Assembly (NCBI GenBank): GCA_023481105.1
Contig: JAMCWK010000110.1
Coordinates: forward strand, 27,414-91,413
Length of the DNA: 64,000 bases
Direction: 5' to 3'
Origin: Acidobacteriota bacterium
GTDB lineage: Bacteria > Acidobacteriota > Terriglobia > Acidiferrales > UBA7541
Part shown: piece by piece, positions 8,840 to 18,487 of the stretch
Position numbering within the stretch: position 1 is the stretch's first letter
Layout of the letters: each line of letters begins with the position of its first letter
Position numbers and translations under genes: made by a program
Notes under the pieces: model-generated
Databases searched by the model: none
The model's input: only the letters and a program-made list of their open reading frames with translations
What the model was told of the DNA's origin: nothing

Positions 8840-9928
8840 ATGATTTTGCTTGCGGCGCTGGCGGGTGGAGCGGCGGGACAAGTCCCGACGCCTTTGCAGG
8901 GCACGAATAAGCCGAAGAAGGCAGCCGAGCAACTGGAAATCAGCAGTTATCCGGTCTTCGAATTTCACAGCGGATTCTGGATCAACTTGCACCATGCGCT
9001 TTATGAGCGAGCGCGCGTGCGCGAGCAACGGCCCACAGCCAGGCCGGACAGGCCGAACGCTACGGGCAGTGCAGAGAAGAATGCCAGCAGCGAAGCGACG
9101 AGTGGATCGCCGGCGGCTGAGGAGCGAGCGTGGAACGAGGCCGTGGAGTTCTACGCCACTTCGATGGCACGGCGCGACCTGCTGCTGGACGGCGAAATGG
9201 TGGACATCAAAAACCGCCTGGCAGATCTGGAGACATGCGCGGACCTCTCTGGAAAAAGCGAATATCGCTGCGCGTCGGGGTTGCGGCCGGAGCTAATCTC
9301 GGCGCTGGAGCGCGCCGCAGCGTGGTACCGTGCGCGGCAATGGAGCGAGCACGACCGCAGCAACCGCGCGTGGATTGCGGCCACCGAGCCGCTGGTGCGC
9401 GAATTCGGCGCCAAGCTGGCGGAGCAAATGGCCAACGTGTATCGCGCGGAATGGCCGAGCGGAAAAATCCGCGTGGACGTGTGCCAGTACGCAGGACTTG
9501 TAGGCGGTTATACGAGTCTGGACCCGTTGCACGTCACCATTTCGGCGGCGGACGAGCGCAACCAGGGCGCCGCCGGGCTGGAAGAGTTGTTCCACGAAGC
9601 GTCGCACGGGCTGGCCACCGGGGTGCGCGATGCACTGGTGAAGGAATTCCGCTCTTGGGAGAAGCCGATCCCTCGCGATTTGTGGAACGCCATCCTGTTC
9701 TATACGACGGCGGAGATTGTGAAGCGGGAAGTCGCCGGCAAGGTGAGCGCCGCAGCACAAAAGCGAAGTGAGACAGCGGACCGCTACGGCTTGGCCACGC
9801 GCGGCTGGCAGAATTTTCAGACCGTGCTCGAACGGCACTGGAAGCCTTATCTGGATGCCTTGCTGCGCGGCCGGGCGGGACCGGACGACTACGAGCGGGC
9901 GCTGGCGCAGGTGGCGGCGTCGCTCTGA
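8840..9928 (+). CDS. Secreted hypothetical protein with an HExxH motif
   Basis: Signal-like N-terminus (MILLAALAGGAAGQ). The start could instead be the GTG at 8783. Contains EELFHEASHGL (HExxH). No family recognised. Confidence 0.5.
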   Translation: MILLAALAGGAAGQVPTPLQGTNKPKKAAEQLEISSYPVFEFHSGFWINLHHALYERARVREQRPTARPDRPNATGSAEKNASSEATSGSPAAEERAWNEAVEFYATSMARRDLLLDGEMVDIKNRLADLETCADLSGKSEYRCASGLRPELISALERAAAWYRARQWSEHDRSNRAWIAATEPLVREFGAKLAEQMANVYRAEWPSGKIRVDVCQYAGLVGGYTSLDPLHVTISAADERNQGAAGLEELFHEASHGLATGVRDALVKEFRSWEKPIPRDLWNAILFYTTAEIVKREVAGKVSAAAQKRSETADRYGLATRGWQNFQTVLERHWKPYLDALLRGRAGPDDYERALAQVAASL

Positions 9929-10105
9929 GCCCGGGGCCGGCGATATCGCCGTGCTTCAGGCGTGTATGGTATTCTTTCCTCTTCGGCAGGGCCTCTCCCG
10001 GTTGTCCGTTCCTGTGGACGAGTGCCGCACCGCAAAGCCCGCGAAGCACGAGATTCTCCCAAATTGAAAGCCCGCTGGCGGCGCGGAGTCAACGGAATCA
10101 AACTC

Positions 10106-10978
10106 ATGGCTACGAAACAGGCAGCAAGCAAAACCCAGGAAATCAGCCTCGCGCATTCGCCGGATTCTGACGACGCCTTCATGTTCTATGCGCTGGCAAC
10201 GCACAAGGTGCGCACGCCGGGGCTGAAGTTTACGCACGTGCTTTCCGACATCGAGACTCTGAACCAGGAGGCGAAAAAGGAGAAGTACGACGTGACGGCG
10301 GTGAGCTTCTACGCTTCCGCATTCCTGCAAAAGAATTACGTCCTGCTGGATTGCGGGGCGAGTTTCGGGGACGGCTACGGGCCGATGCTGGTCGCCTTGC
10401 ACCCCATGAAGCGGAAAGAACTCGCCGGGAAACGTGTGGCGGTGGCCGGCATGCTGACCACGTCATATCTGGCGCTGAAACTCTACGAGCCAAAAATTGT
10501 GCCGGTGGTAGTGCCGTTCGACAAAATTGCGGACGCGGTGACCGCGGGGACGGTGGATGCCGGCCTGCTGATCCACGAAGGACAACTGCTCTATCAGCAG
10601 ACGGGATTGCACCGCGTGGCGGACCTGGGCCAGTGGTGGAGCGAGGAAACCGGGATGCCGTTGCCGCTGGGCGGAAACATGATTCGCCGGTCGCTGGGGC
10701 CTGACGTGGGGCGCGCGGTGGCCAAGGCCATCCGGCAGAGCGTCACCTACGCGCTGGAGCATCGCGAGGACGCGCTGAAGTATGCCCTGCAGTTTGCGCG
10801 CGACATGGATGCGGACCTGGCGGACAAGTTTGTGGGCATGTACGTGAACCACTGGACGCTGGGGTTCGGCGAAAAAGGGCGGGCCGCAGTGCGAGAGCTC
10901 CTGGCGCGCGGAGCCAAGTCCGGGCTGCTGCCTGCCGGCGGCGCAGAGGTGGACTTCCTGAGCGAGGCGAATTCGTGA
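10106..10978 (+). CDS. MqnA/MqnD-family (periplasmic-binding-protein fold) protein, MqnD-like
   Basis: N-terminal block SLAHSPDSDDAFMFYALATHKV...LKFTHVLSDIETLNQEA...YDVTAVSF resembles 1,4-dihydroxy-6-naphthoate synthase of the futalosine pathway. Its stop overlaps the next gene's GTG (GTGA). Confidence 0.65.
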   Translation: MATKQAASKTQEISLAHSPDSDDAFMFYALATHKVRTPGLKFTHVLSDIETLNQEAKKEKYDVTAVSFYASAFLQKNYVLLDCGASFGDGYGPMLVALHPMKRKELAGKRVAVAGMLTTSYLALKLYEPKIVPVVVPFDKIADAVTAGTVDAGLLIHEGQLLYQQTGLHRVADLGQWWSEETGMPLPLGGNMIRRSLGPDVGRAVAKAIRQSVTYALEHREDALKYALQFARDMDADLADKFVGMYVNHWTLGFGEKGRAAVRELLARGAKSGLLPAGGAEVDFLSEANS

Positions 10979-12009
10979 ACCTGATCATCGCCAATACGGG
11001 CGGCTACCCGCGCGTCGGCGACACTCCCGAGCTGCAATTGCTGCGCAGGACCATTGCGGCCATCGATCGCGGGGAAAAAACCTTTGCGGACCTGGCTGAC
11101 GCTGAAAACACCATGACGCGGCGTGCCATCGAGGAACAGGCGCGCGCAGGCGTGGAATTGCTGACCGACGGACAAGTCCGCTGGTACGACCCCGTTTCGC
11201 ATCTCGCCAGGAAACTGGCCGGCGTGAAAATCAACGGGCTGCTGCGATTCTTTGACTCGAACACCTATTTTCGGCAGCCGGTGCTGCTGGCCAGGCCGGA
11301 ACGTAAGGGACCGCTGGTGGTGGAGGAATTTCAGTTCGCGTGCAACGCGCTGGGCCAGATTCCCACCGGGCGCGAGGGCAGCGTGCGCGTCGCGGTGAAG
11401 CCGGTGCTGACCGGGCCGTACACGCTGGCGAAACTTTCGCTGGCCGAAGATGCCACCATGAAGCGGCTCGAAACCCGCGCAAATGCCTACGCAACGGCGC
11501 TGGCGGCCGAGGTGAAGGCGCTGGCGGATTCTGGCGCGGACTTCATTCAGATTGACGAGCCGGCGAGCATCAAACATCCCAACGACTGGGGCGTGTTCAC
11601 GCAGGCACTCGAACCGCTGCTGCAAGCGCGGGACGAGGTTCGCAAGATCGGGCGAAAGTTACAACTCGCGCTGTATGCCTATTTTTACAATCCGGCGCCA
11701 CTTTATGAAAAGCTGGTGCAGATGCCACTGGATGTGCTGGGGCTCGACTTCACCTACGATGCAAAGCTGGCGGACACGATTGCAGCAGCAGGATCGCCAC
11801 GGCCACTTGCGTTGGGATTGGTGGACGGCCGAAATACAAGATTGGAATCGGCGGCAGAAGTGGCGCGCGTGGTCGAGCGGCTGCTTCCAAAGATCAAGGG
11901 CGAGCGGGCATACCTGGGGCCGTCGTGCGGACTGGAATATTTGCCGCGGGACCGCGCGGTGGCGAAACTGGAGTTGCTGGGAAAAATTCGCGCGGCGGTC
12001 GGCGGATAG
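10975..12009 (+). CDS. MetE N-terminal-domain-like protein (cobalamin-independent methionine synthase family, no zinc site seen)
   Basis: 344 aa. Contains GYPRVG, a DGQVRWYD-like block and FIQIDEPA, which are typical of the MetE (beta-alpha)8 fold. I did not find the His/Cys zinc ligands. Confidence 0.65.
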   Translation: MNLIIANTGGYPRVGDTPELQLLRRTIAAIDRGEKTFADLADAENTMTRRAIEEQARAGVELLTDGQVRWYDPVSHLARKLAGVKINGLLRFFDSNTYFRQPVLLARPERKGPLVVEEFQFACNALGQIPTGREGSVRVAVKPVLTGPYTLAKLSLAEDATMKRLETRANAYATALAAEVKALADSGADFIQIDEPASIKHPNDWGVFTQALEPLLQARDEVRKIGRKLQLALYAYFYNPAPLYEKLVQMPLDVLGLDFTYDAKLADTIAAAGSPRPLALGLVDGRNTRLESAAEVARVVERLLPKIKGERAYLGPSCGLEYLPRDRAVAKLELLGKIRAAVGG

Positions 12010-12055
12010 GAAAAAAAGTTCAACACAGAGACGCAGAGGGAACGCAGAGAAAGTC

Positions 12056-13048
12056 ATGAGCCGGGAAAAACTCAAATCGCTGGGACTGGAGCTGCCGATG
12101 TTTCCGACCACCTCGGTGGGCAGCTTTCCCAAGCCCGACTACCTGGTGAAGGCGCGCGCGGATTTCGGCAAGGGGAAAATCAGCCGGAAGCAGCTCGTGG
12201 AGATGGAGCGGAAGGCCACGGCATTTTGGATCGAGAAGCAGGAAGAGCTCGGCGTAGACGTGCTGGTGGACGGTGAGCAGTATCGTGGGGACATGGTGGC
12301 GTACTTCGCGGAAATTATTCCCGGATTTTCCCAAGGCGGGCTGGTGCGCAGCTACGGAAATCGTTACTACCACAAGCCCATCATCACCGGCGCGGTAAGC
12401 TGGCCGGGGCCGATCACCGTGGAGTGGTGGAAGTACGCGCAGGGCCTGACGAAAAAGCCCGTGAAAGGAATGCTCACGGGGCCGTACACGGTGATGGACT
12501 GGAGCTTCAACGAACACTATGCGGACCGGCGCGCGACGAGCCTCGCGCTCGCCGACGTCATCCGCAAAGAAGTCGAAGCGCTGATCGCGGCATGCTGCAA
12601 AATTATTCAGATTGACGAGCCCGCGCTTTCCGTGCGGCCAGAGGAATTGCCCATCGCCATCGAAGCCATGCACCGCGTCACCGACGGCATGAACGCGTAC
12701 TTCATCACGCACGCGTGCTACGGGGCGTTCGAGCACATTTATCCCGGCATGCTGGAACTGCCGGTGGACAATTTTGATTTGGAAATGTCCAACAGCGACC
12801 TCGGCATGCTGAACTTGTTCGGGAGTGTGCCGTTCACCAAAGACATCAGCTTCGGCGTGGTAGACGTGCACACCCACGAGCTCGAAGACGCGGCAACGGT
12901 GCAAGCGCGCATGCGGCAGGCGCTGACCATCTTGCCGAAAGAACGCATCTGGGTGGACCCGGACTGCGGATTGAAAACACGCACCGTCGAAGAAGCTATC
13001 GCCAAGCTGCGCGCCTGCGTGGACGCAGCGAAGGCCTTCCGAAACTAG
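12056..13048 (+). CDS. MetE C-terminal (catalytic) domain-like methionine synthase
   Basis: 330 aa. Contains TTSVGSFPKP, DGEQYRGDMV and IIQIDEPAL. Zinc-ligand motifs THACYG and VDPDCGLKTR are present. The start is taken at ATG 12056; the ORF-track extension back to 11552 is an unsupported overlap. Confidence 0.8.
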   Translation: MSREKLKSLGLELPMFPTTSVGSFPKPDYLVKARADFGKGKISRKQLVEMERKATAFWIEKQEELGVDVLVDGEQYRGDMVAYFAEIIPGFSQGGLVRSYGNRYYHKPIITGAVSWPGPITVEWWKYAQGLTKKPVKGMLTGPYTVMDWSFNEHYADRRATSLALADVIRKEVEALIAACCKIIQIDEPALSVRPEELPIAIEAMHRVTDGMNAYFITHACYGAFEHIYPGMLELPVDNFDLEMSNSDLGMLNLFGSVPFTKDISFGVVDVHTHELEDAATVQARMRQALTILPKERIWVDPDCGLKTRTVEEAIAKLRACVDAAKAFRN

Positions 13049-13095
13049 CTACTCGCGCTTTCCCGAAGCCTCGTGTGGCCGCCGGTTCTTTCCGC

Positions 13096-13707
13096 TCACC
13101 TTGCTTTCGTTCCTTTTTTCTTCCTCGCCACTCGATAAGGCCTCAACAACAACTCCATATCCCGCCGCACCCATTCCTCCACCTTGCCCTCCTGGTGAAA
13201 TGCCCAGGACACCATGGAGCCATGCGCGGCTGCTTGAATCAAACGCGCCAAGCCCTGCGTATCGCACTTCACCAGCTCGCCCGCTCGAATGGCGTCCTCC
13301 AGCAGGTCGCGGAATCCCGCCAGCGTCGCCCGCGAATTCACCAGTGTCCACCGCCGGAACTCCGGGTCGGTTAAATCCATTTGCAGGAACGCCATGCTAT
13401 TCGCCAACACTTCCGGCGTCTTCGCCAGCCGCGCCATTTCCCGGAACGTCGCAAAGAGCGCCTTGAGCGGCGACCGATTTCCCGCGCGCACTTTCGCAAA
13501 ACACCCGCCCGCGCCCTCCGCTGCGCCCTTGGCCAAGGCCAGCAAAAGCCCGCGCTTGGACCCGAACCGTTGGATGAGCGTCGCGGGCGCCAGCCCGGAC
13601 TCCTTCGCGATGTCCGCCAGCGTGAACTGGTTCGGCCCCAGGCGAGAAATCACCCGGAAAGCGGCCTGCAGCACAGAAGCGTCGGGTATGGTCCGGTGTC
13701 GGCTCAT
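13096..13707 (-). CDS. TetR/AcrR-family transcriptional regulator
   Basis: N-terminal HTH (FTLADIAKESGLAPATLIQRFGSKRGLL), 203 aa. The start is taken at ATG 13707; the upstream part of the 375-aa ORF is not protein-like. Confidence 0.85.
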   Translation of the reverse strand: MSRHRTIPDASVLQAAFRVISRLGPNQFTLADIAKESGLAPATLIQRFGSKRGLLLALAKGAAEGAGGCFAKVRAGNRSPLKALFATFREMARLAKTPEVLANSMAFLQMDLTDPEFRRWTLVNSRATLAGFRDLLEDAIRAGELVKCDTQGLARLIQAAAHGSMVSWAFHQEGKVEEWVRRDMELLLRPYRVARKKKGTKAR

Positions 13708-13776
13708 AGGCTCAATTATAAATGAAGATTCACTTTTCGCTTGACAATAAGTGAATGACCGTTCACAATCCGGGCC

Positions 13777-14319
13777 ATGCGAAAAATCATCCTTGGCCTG
13801 GGCGTCAGCCTGGACGGATATATCGCCCGCCCGAACGGCGCCGTTGATTTCCTCTTCATGCCCAAAGACTACTCGATGGCTCCCTTCTTCGCCACCATTG
13901 ATGCGGCCCTCATGGGACGCAAGACCCTTGACGTTGCGCTGCAGATGGGCGGTGGCTCCTTCCCCGGTTCCTCCATGGCCACCTACGTCTTCGCCCGCAC
14001 TCTGCCGCCTGGCGAGCGCAAGGGCTTCACAATTGTCAACGCATCCCCGGCCGCGTTTGTGCGCCGACTGCGCAAGCGCCCGGGCAAGAACATCTGGCTC
14101 ATGGGTGGTGGCGAGCTGGCACGCGATTTCCTCAAAGCGGACTTGGTGGATGAACTCTACATCGGCATCGTCCCGGTCTTGCTCGGTGAAGGCATCCCGC
14201 TCTTCCCCAGCGGCTTCCCCCAACGCGATTTCAGCCTGATCGAGAACAAAACCTACTCGAAAGGCCTGATCGCCCTCAAGTACAGCCGCAACCGCCCAAA
14301 ATCCAAGCGAAAATCTTGA
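13777..14319 (+). CDS. Dihydrofolate-reductase-family protein (RibD C-terminal domain type)
   Basis: Contains MRKIILGLGVSLDGYIARPNGAVDFL...IWLMGGGELA...DELYIGIVPVLLGEGIPLF. It is divergent from the TetR gene. Confidence 0.75.
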   Translation: MRKIILGLGVSLDGYIARPNGAVDFLFMPKDYSMAPFFATIDAALMGRKTLDVALQMGGGSFPGSSMATYVFARTLPPGERKGFTIVNASPAAFVRRLRKRPGKNIWLMGGGELARDFLKADLVDELYIGIVPVLLGEGIPLFPSGFPQRDFSLIENKTYSKGLIALKYSRNRPKSKRKS

Positions 14320-14388
14320 GTGGCTCTTTTTTCAAGACCTGCTCGCCTTGACGGAGTGCGGCCTTTCGCATAAAGTCGTTTTCTTGCT

Positions 14389-16197
14389 ATGCGACGCCGA
14401 ATCCGCACAGTAACCACACTCATCGCACTCATCCTGCTCTATTCACCGCTGGCCGGAGCGCAGGCGGTAGCTTCCGACCCCAAGGCGGGCGAAGTGGTGC
14501 GACCGGATTGGCCGCGCGAGGCGGTGCGCGCGCCGAAGGCCATGGTGGTGAGCGATGAGGAGCTCGCCAGCCAAGCGGGCATCGAAATCCTGAAAAAAGG
14601 CGGCAACGCCGTGGACGCCGCAGTGGCCGTGGGCTTCGCGCTTGCTGTGGTCCAGCCGGCAGCAGGCAACATCGGCGGCGGCGGGTTCATGCTCGTGCGC
14701 CTGGCCAACGGGCGGACGGGATTTGTGGACTATCGCGAAACGGCGCCGAAACGCGCGTCGCGAGACATGTACATCCGCGCGGACGGCTCGCTGGACAGCG
14801 AAGCGGCGACGATCGGCTATCGCGCGGCGGGAATACCGGGCACGGTGGCAGGCATGGAGCTGGCGCTGAAAACATACGGCACGATGAAGCTGCGCGACGT
14901 CATGGCGCCAGCGATTCGTCTGGCCGAGCAGGGATTTCCGGTCAGCGAAAAACTGGCGCGCTCGCTGCGGGCTTCGCGGGCGCTGCTGCAAAGATTTTCC
15001 ACGAGCCGGCGAATTTTCCTGAAAGACGGCGCGCTTTTTCAGCCGGGAGAAATGCTGCGGCAGCCGGAATTAGCGGCCACGCTGCGGGGAATTGCCGCGG
15101 GCGGCGCGGCGGAATTTTATCGCGGGGAAACGGCGCGGGAGTTGGCCGAGGAAATGGCGCAAATGGGTGGCCTGGTGACGCTCGAAGACCTGGCCGGATA
15201 CGCGGCGAAAATCCGCGAGCCGCTGCGCGGCAAGTACACCGCGAATGGCGCGGAGTGGGAAGTGATTGCCGCGCCGCCGCCGAGCTCGGGCGGAACGGCC
15301 ATGCTCGAAGCGCTGAATATGCTGGCGCCCATTGAGTTGAAGGGTTGGAACGATGCGCAGTCGGTGCACTGGGTAGCGGAAACGATGCGCCGCGTGTTCG
15401 CCGACCGCTCGGCTTTCTTGGCCGACGCCGATTTTTCGCGCGTGCCGGTGCGCGGGCTGACCGACTCGCGCTACGCCGAACAGCGCCGCGCGACAATTGA
15501 TCCACAGCGGGCGTCGTCGAGTGCGCAGGTGCGCGCCGGTGACCCGATGCCATTTGACGTGGCTGAGTTGCGAGATGCGGGAACGCCGGAAAAGGCTGCG
15601 ACAGTGCGACGTGAGGGAGAGCATACGACGCATTATTCCGTGGTGGACGCAGCGGGCAACGCCGTGGCGAATACGTACACCATCAATGAAAGCTACGGCT
15701 CCGGCGCGGCGACCACGACGGGATTTCTGCTGAACGACACGATGGACGATTACACCACGCAGCCCGGCGTGCCCAACAAACTGTTCGGGTTGATTCAGTC
15801 CGATGCGAATGCCATTGCGCCCGGAAAACGCTCGCTGAGCTCCATGACGCCCACCATCGTGCTGCGCGACAGCAAGCTGAGCTTTGTGACCGGCTCGCCA
15901 GGCGGGCCGCGGATTATTTCCGCCACCATTTTGAGCGTGCTGAACTGGATGCGGCTCTCGATGGACGCGCAGGCGGCCATCAATGCGCCGCGCTTTCACC
16001 ATCAGTGGATGCCGGACACGCTCTACCTCGAAGAAATTTTCCCGAAGGACGTGGCCAGGGAACTTCAGCAGCGCGGCCACAAAGTGGTGCAGCGTTCCTG
16101 GATCGGACAGGTAGAAGCTATCGGAATTGACCCGAAGACGGGCGAGCGGCTCGGCGCGTCGGACGCGCGGCGGCTGGGCGCGGCAGTCGGATATTAG
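14389..16197 (+). CDS. ggt: Gamma-glutamyltransferase
   Basis: 602 aa with a signal peptide. The autoprocessing/nucleophile region EGEHTTHYSVVD and C-terminal GGPRIIS-type blocks are present. Confidence 0.9.
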   Translation: MRRRIRTVTTLIALILLYSPLAGAQAVASDPKAGEVVRPDWPREAVRAPKAMVVSDEELASQAGIEILKKGGNAVDAAVAVGFALAVVQPAAGNIGGGGFMLVRLANGRTGFVDYRETAPKRASRDMYIRADGSLDSEAATIGYRAAGIPGTVAGMELALKTYGTMKLRDVMAPAIRLAEQGFPVSEKLARSLRASRALLQRFSTSRRIFLKDGALFQPGEMLRQPELAATLRGIAAGGAAEFYRGETARELAEEMAQMGGLVTLEDLAGYAAKIREPLRGKYTANGAEWEVIAAPPPSSGGTAMLEALNMLAPIELKGWNDAQSVHWVAETMRRVFADRSAFLADADFSRVPVRGLTDSRYAEQRRATIDPQRASSSAQVRAGDPMPFDVAELRDAGTPEKAATVRREGEHTTHYSVVDAAGNAVANTYTINESYGSGAATTTGFLLNDTMDDYTTQPGVPNKLFGLIQSDANAIAPGKRSLSSMTPTIVLRDSKLSFVTGSPGGPRIISATILSVLNWMRLSMDAQAAINAPRFHHQWMPDTLYLEEIFPKDVARELQQRGHKVVQRSWIGQVEAIGIDPKTGERLGASDARRLGAAVGY

Positions 16198-16220
16198 ACG
16201 GTAGTTGCCACCGGACAAAA

Positions 16221-17087
16221 ATGCAACGCGTTCTCTCAACATATCTTTTCGTCGGGCAGAAACTGACGGCGGGAATTCTTGCCGAAGTCGAAAAGGCAGG
16301 GATTCCGGCCGTGGAGATTTTCTGCGCGCGGCAGCACTTCGACTACCGCTCGGCGGAAGTAGTGCGCGAGCTGAAGGAGTGGTTTGCGGAGCACGCGCTG
16401 ACAGTGCATGCGCTGCACTCGCCGACCAGCCGGGACCAGTCCGAGCGGCGGGAGAGCACGGCGCCGATCTCCATTGCGGAGCCGGAGCGCGTGCGGCGGC
16501 TGGAGGCGGTGGACGAAATCAAGCGCGTGCTGGAAGTGGCCGAGCAGATTCCCTTCCGGTTTCTGGTGCAGCATCTCGGCGGGCGCGAGGAGATGGACGA
16601 GCGCCGGCGGGACGCGGCCTTCAATTCTCTGGAGCATTTGGCGGTGTTTGCCAAGCACCGCGGCGTGACTATCGCGCTGGAAAACACGCCGGGGGAACTG
16701 GCCACGCCGGGCAATCTGCGGCATTTCATTGCGGACACGCGGCTGCACGACCTGCGGCTGTGCTTCGACACCGGCCACGCGCACATGGAAGAAGGAGTGG
16801 AGCGCAGCTACGAGACGATGCGCGACCTGGTGGTCACCGCGCACCTCCACGACAACCACGGCGAGAAGGACGAGCACTTGTTGCCCTTCGAGGGCACGAT
16901 TGATTGGGACGCGATGCTGAAGGGCTTCGCGCACGCGCCGGCCGCGGAAAACAATTTGCCTTTCGTGCTCGAGTTGAAGGATGCGGCGCTGGGCGGCGTG
17001 CACGAGCACAATACCTCGGCGGTGCTGCAGCAGGTGAAAGGCGCGTTCGACAAGCTGGAGCGCACCGTCAGCGCAAAAGCAAATTAA
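16221..17087 (+). CDS. Sugar phosphate isomerase/epimerase (xylose-isomerase-like TIM barrel)
   Basis: Blocks typical of the AP endonuclease 2/xylose isomerase-like family ([37 protein letters not shown]). Confidence 0.8.
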   Translation: MQRVLSTYLFVGQKLTAGILAEVEKAGIPAVEIFCARQHFDYRSAEVVRELKEWFAEHALTVHALHSPTSRDQSERRESTAPISIAEPERVRRLEAVDEIKRVLEVAEQIPFRFLVQHLGGREEMDERRRDAAFNSLEHLAVFAKHRGVTIALENTPGELATPGNLRHFIADTRLHDLRLCFDTGHAHMEEGVERSYETMRDLVVTAHLHDNHGEKDEHLLPFEGTIDWDAMLKGFAHAPAAENNLPFVLELKDAALGGVHEHNTSAVLQQVKGAFDKLERTVSAKAN

Positions 17088-17149
17088 GCAGGCAATCAAG
17101 AGCGCCCGTCCCGCAGAGCGGGAGGGCGCAACATTCCAAACGAGGCGCC

Positions 17150-18451
17150 ATGCCGGTTGTTTCGATTGAAAAAGTCGGCGAGCACGACGGAAAAGAAGTG
17201 ACCATCCGCGGGTGGCTGTACAACCAGCGCGAGTCCGGGAAACTGCTGTTTCCGATTTTCCGCGATGGCACCGGGATTATCCAGGGGGTGGTGTCGCAGA
17301 AAGAAAATCCGGAAGCGTTTGCGCAGATGCAGGGAATGACGCAGGAATCCAGTGTGATGGTGACGGGGACGGTGCGCGCGGACCAGCGCGCTCCGGGCGG
17401 GTACGAGTTGCACGTGACGCAGGCCGTAATCGTGCAGAAAATTCCGGAAAGCGAACCGTATCCGATTCAATTGAAAGAGCACGGCGTGGATTTCTTGCTC
17501 GACAACCGGCACCTGTGGATGCGGTCGCCGCGTCAAGCCTCCATTCTTCGCATTCGCGCGGAAGCGATTCGCGCCGCGCGGGAGTACATGGACGGGCAGG
17601 GCTACATCCTGACGGACTCGCCGATCTTCACACCCGCGGCATGCGAGGGAACCACCACGCTCTTTGAGGTGTCCTATATTGACGACCAGAAGGCGTACCT
17701 GACGCAGTCCGGTCAACTTTACGTGGAAGCCACGGCAGCGGCATTGGGCAAGGTGTACTGCTTCGGGCCGACGTTTCGCGCAGAAAAATCCAAGACGCGG
17801 CGGCACCTGACGGAATTCTGGATGCTCGAGCCGGAAGCGGCCTACGCGCACTTGGAAGACATGATGGTGTTGGGCGAAGGCCTAGTGAGCCACGTCGTGC
17901 AGTCTGTAGTGAAGAACCGTGCGCGGGAACTGGAGACGCTGAAGCGGGACGTGAAAAAACTCGAAACGGTCAAGCCTCCGTTTCCGCGTATTCAGTACGA
18001 CGAGGCCATCAAAATTCTGCAAAAGAGCGGGAAAGAAGTGAAATGGGGAGACGATTTCGGCGGGGATGAAGAAACCGTGCTCTCCAGCCAGTTCGACAGG
18101 CCGGTGATGGTGCACCGCTATCCGACGGCGATCAAGGCGTTCTACATGGAGCCAGACCCCAAGCGTCCGGAGCTGGCGCTGGGATTCGACATGCTGGCCT
18201 CGGAGGGCTACGGCGAAATCATCGGCGGCGGAGAGCGCATGTCCAGCTACGAGAATCTTGTGAAGCGCATCCGCGAGCAAGGCCTGCCGGAAGAGGCCTT
18301 CCAGTGGTACCTGGACCTGCGGCGCTACGGCAGCGTGCCTCATGCGGGGTTCGGGCTGGGATTGGAGCGCACGGTGGCGTGGATTTGCGGAACGGAGCAC
18401 ATCCGCGAGGTGATCCCCTTCCCGCGCATGATTTATCGCATGTATCCTTAA
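17150..18451 (+). CDS. asnS: Asparagine--tRNA ligase
   Basis: 433 aa class IIb aaRS. Has an OB-fold N-terminus ([18 protein letters not shown]), motif 2 ([21 protein letters not shown]) and motif 3 ([10 protein letters not shown]). Confidence 0.85.
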   Translation: MPVVSIEKVGEHDGKEVTIRGWLYNQRESGKLLFPIFRDGTGIIQGVVSQKENPEAFAQMQGMTQESSVMVTGTVRADQRAPGGYELHVTQAVIVQKIPESEPYPIQLKEHGVDFLLDNRHLWMRSPRQASILRIRAEAIRAAREYMDGQGYILTDSPIFTPAACEGTTTLFEVSYIDDQKAYLTQSGQLYVEATAAALGKVYCFGPTFRAEKSKTRRHLTEFWMLEPEAAYAHLEDMMVLGEGLVSHVVQSVVKNRARELETLKRDVKKLETVKPPFPRIQYDEAIKILQKSGKEVKWGDDFGGDEETVLSSQFDRPVMVHRYPTAIKAFYMEPDPKRPELALGFDMLASEGYGEIIGGGERMSSYENLVKRIREQGLPEEAFQWYLDLRRYGSVPHAGFGLGLERTVAWICGTEHIREVIPFPRMIYRMYP

Positions 18452-18487
18452 TTCTTCAGCGGTGCCGCAAGGCAACCGGGAAACGCT

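Noticed and set aside
9929-10105. 177-nt region upstream of the MqnD-like/MetE-like genes, considered as a SAM or cobalamin riboswitch
   Set aside because: I could not find S-box core elements (GAGGGA...GGCCC...CGGCAACC) or a B12 box. It is worth an Rfam scan, but nothing is supportable by eye.
11552-12055. N-terminal extension of the MetE C-domain ORF in the ORF track
   Set aside because: The extension overlaps the 3' half of the MetE N-domain-like gene in another frame. It translates to Arg/Trp/Cys-rich sequence. Recognisable homology starts at MSREKLKSLGLELPMFPTTSVGSFPKP (ATG 12056).
14349-14377. TTGACG-17 nt-TAAAGT promoter-like element upstream of ggt
   Set aside because: It would place the transcription start only a few nt before the ATG at 14389, giving a near-leaderless mRNA. 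This is possible but not supportable without mapping data.
17102-17129. GC-rich hairpin upstream of asnS, considered as a T-box or attenuator
   Set aside because: It is a single short hairpin (GCGCCC-g-TCCCG ... CGGGA-GGGCGC) with no specifier or T-box sequence and no U-tract. More likely it is a stabilising or terminating stem after the preceding gene.
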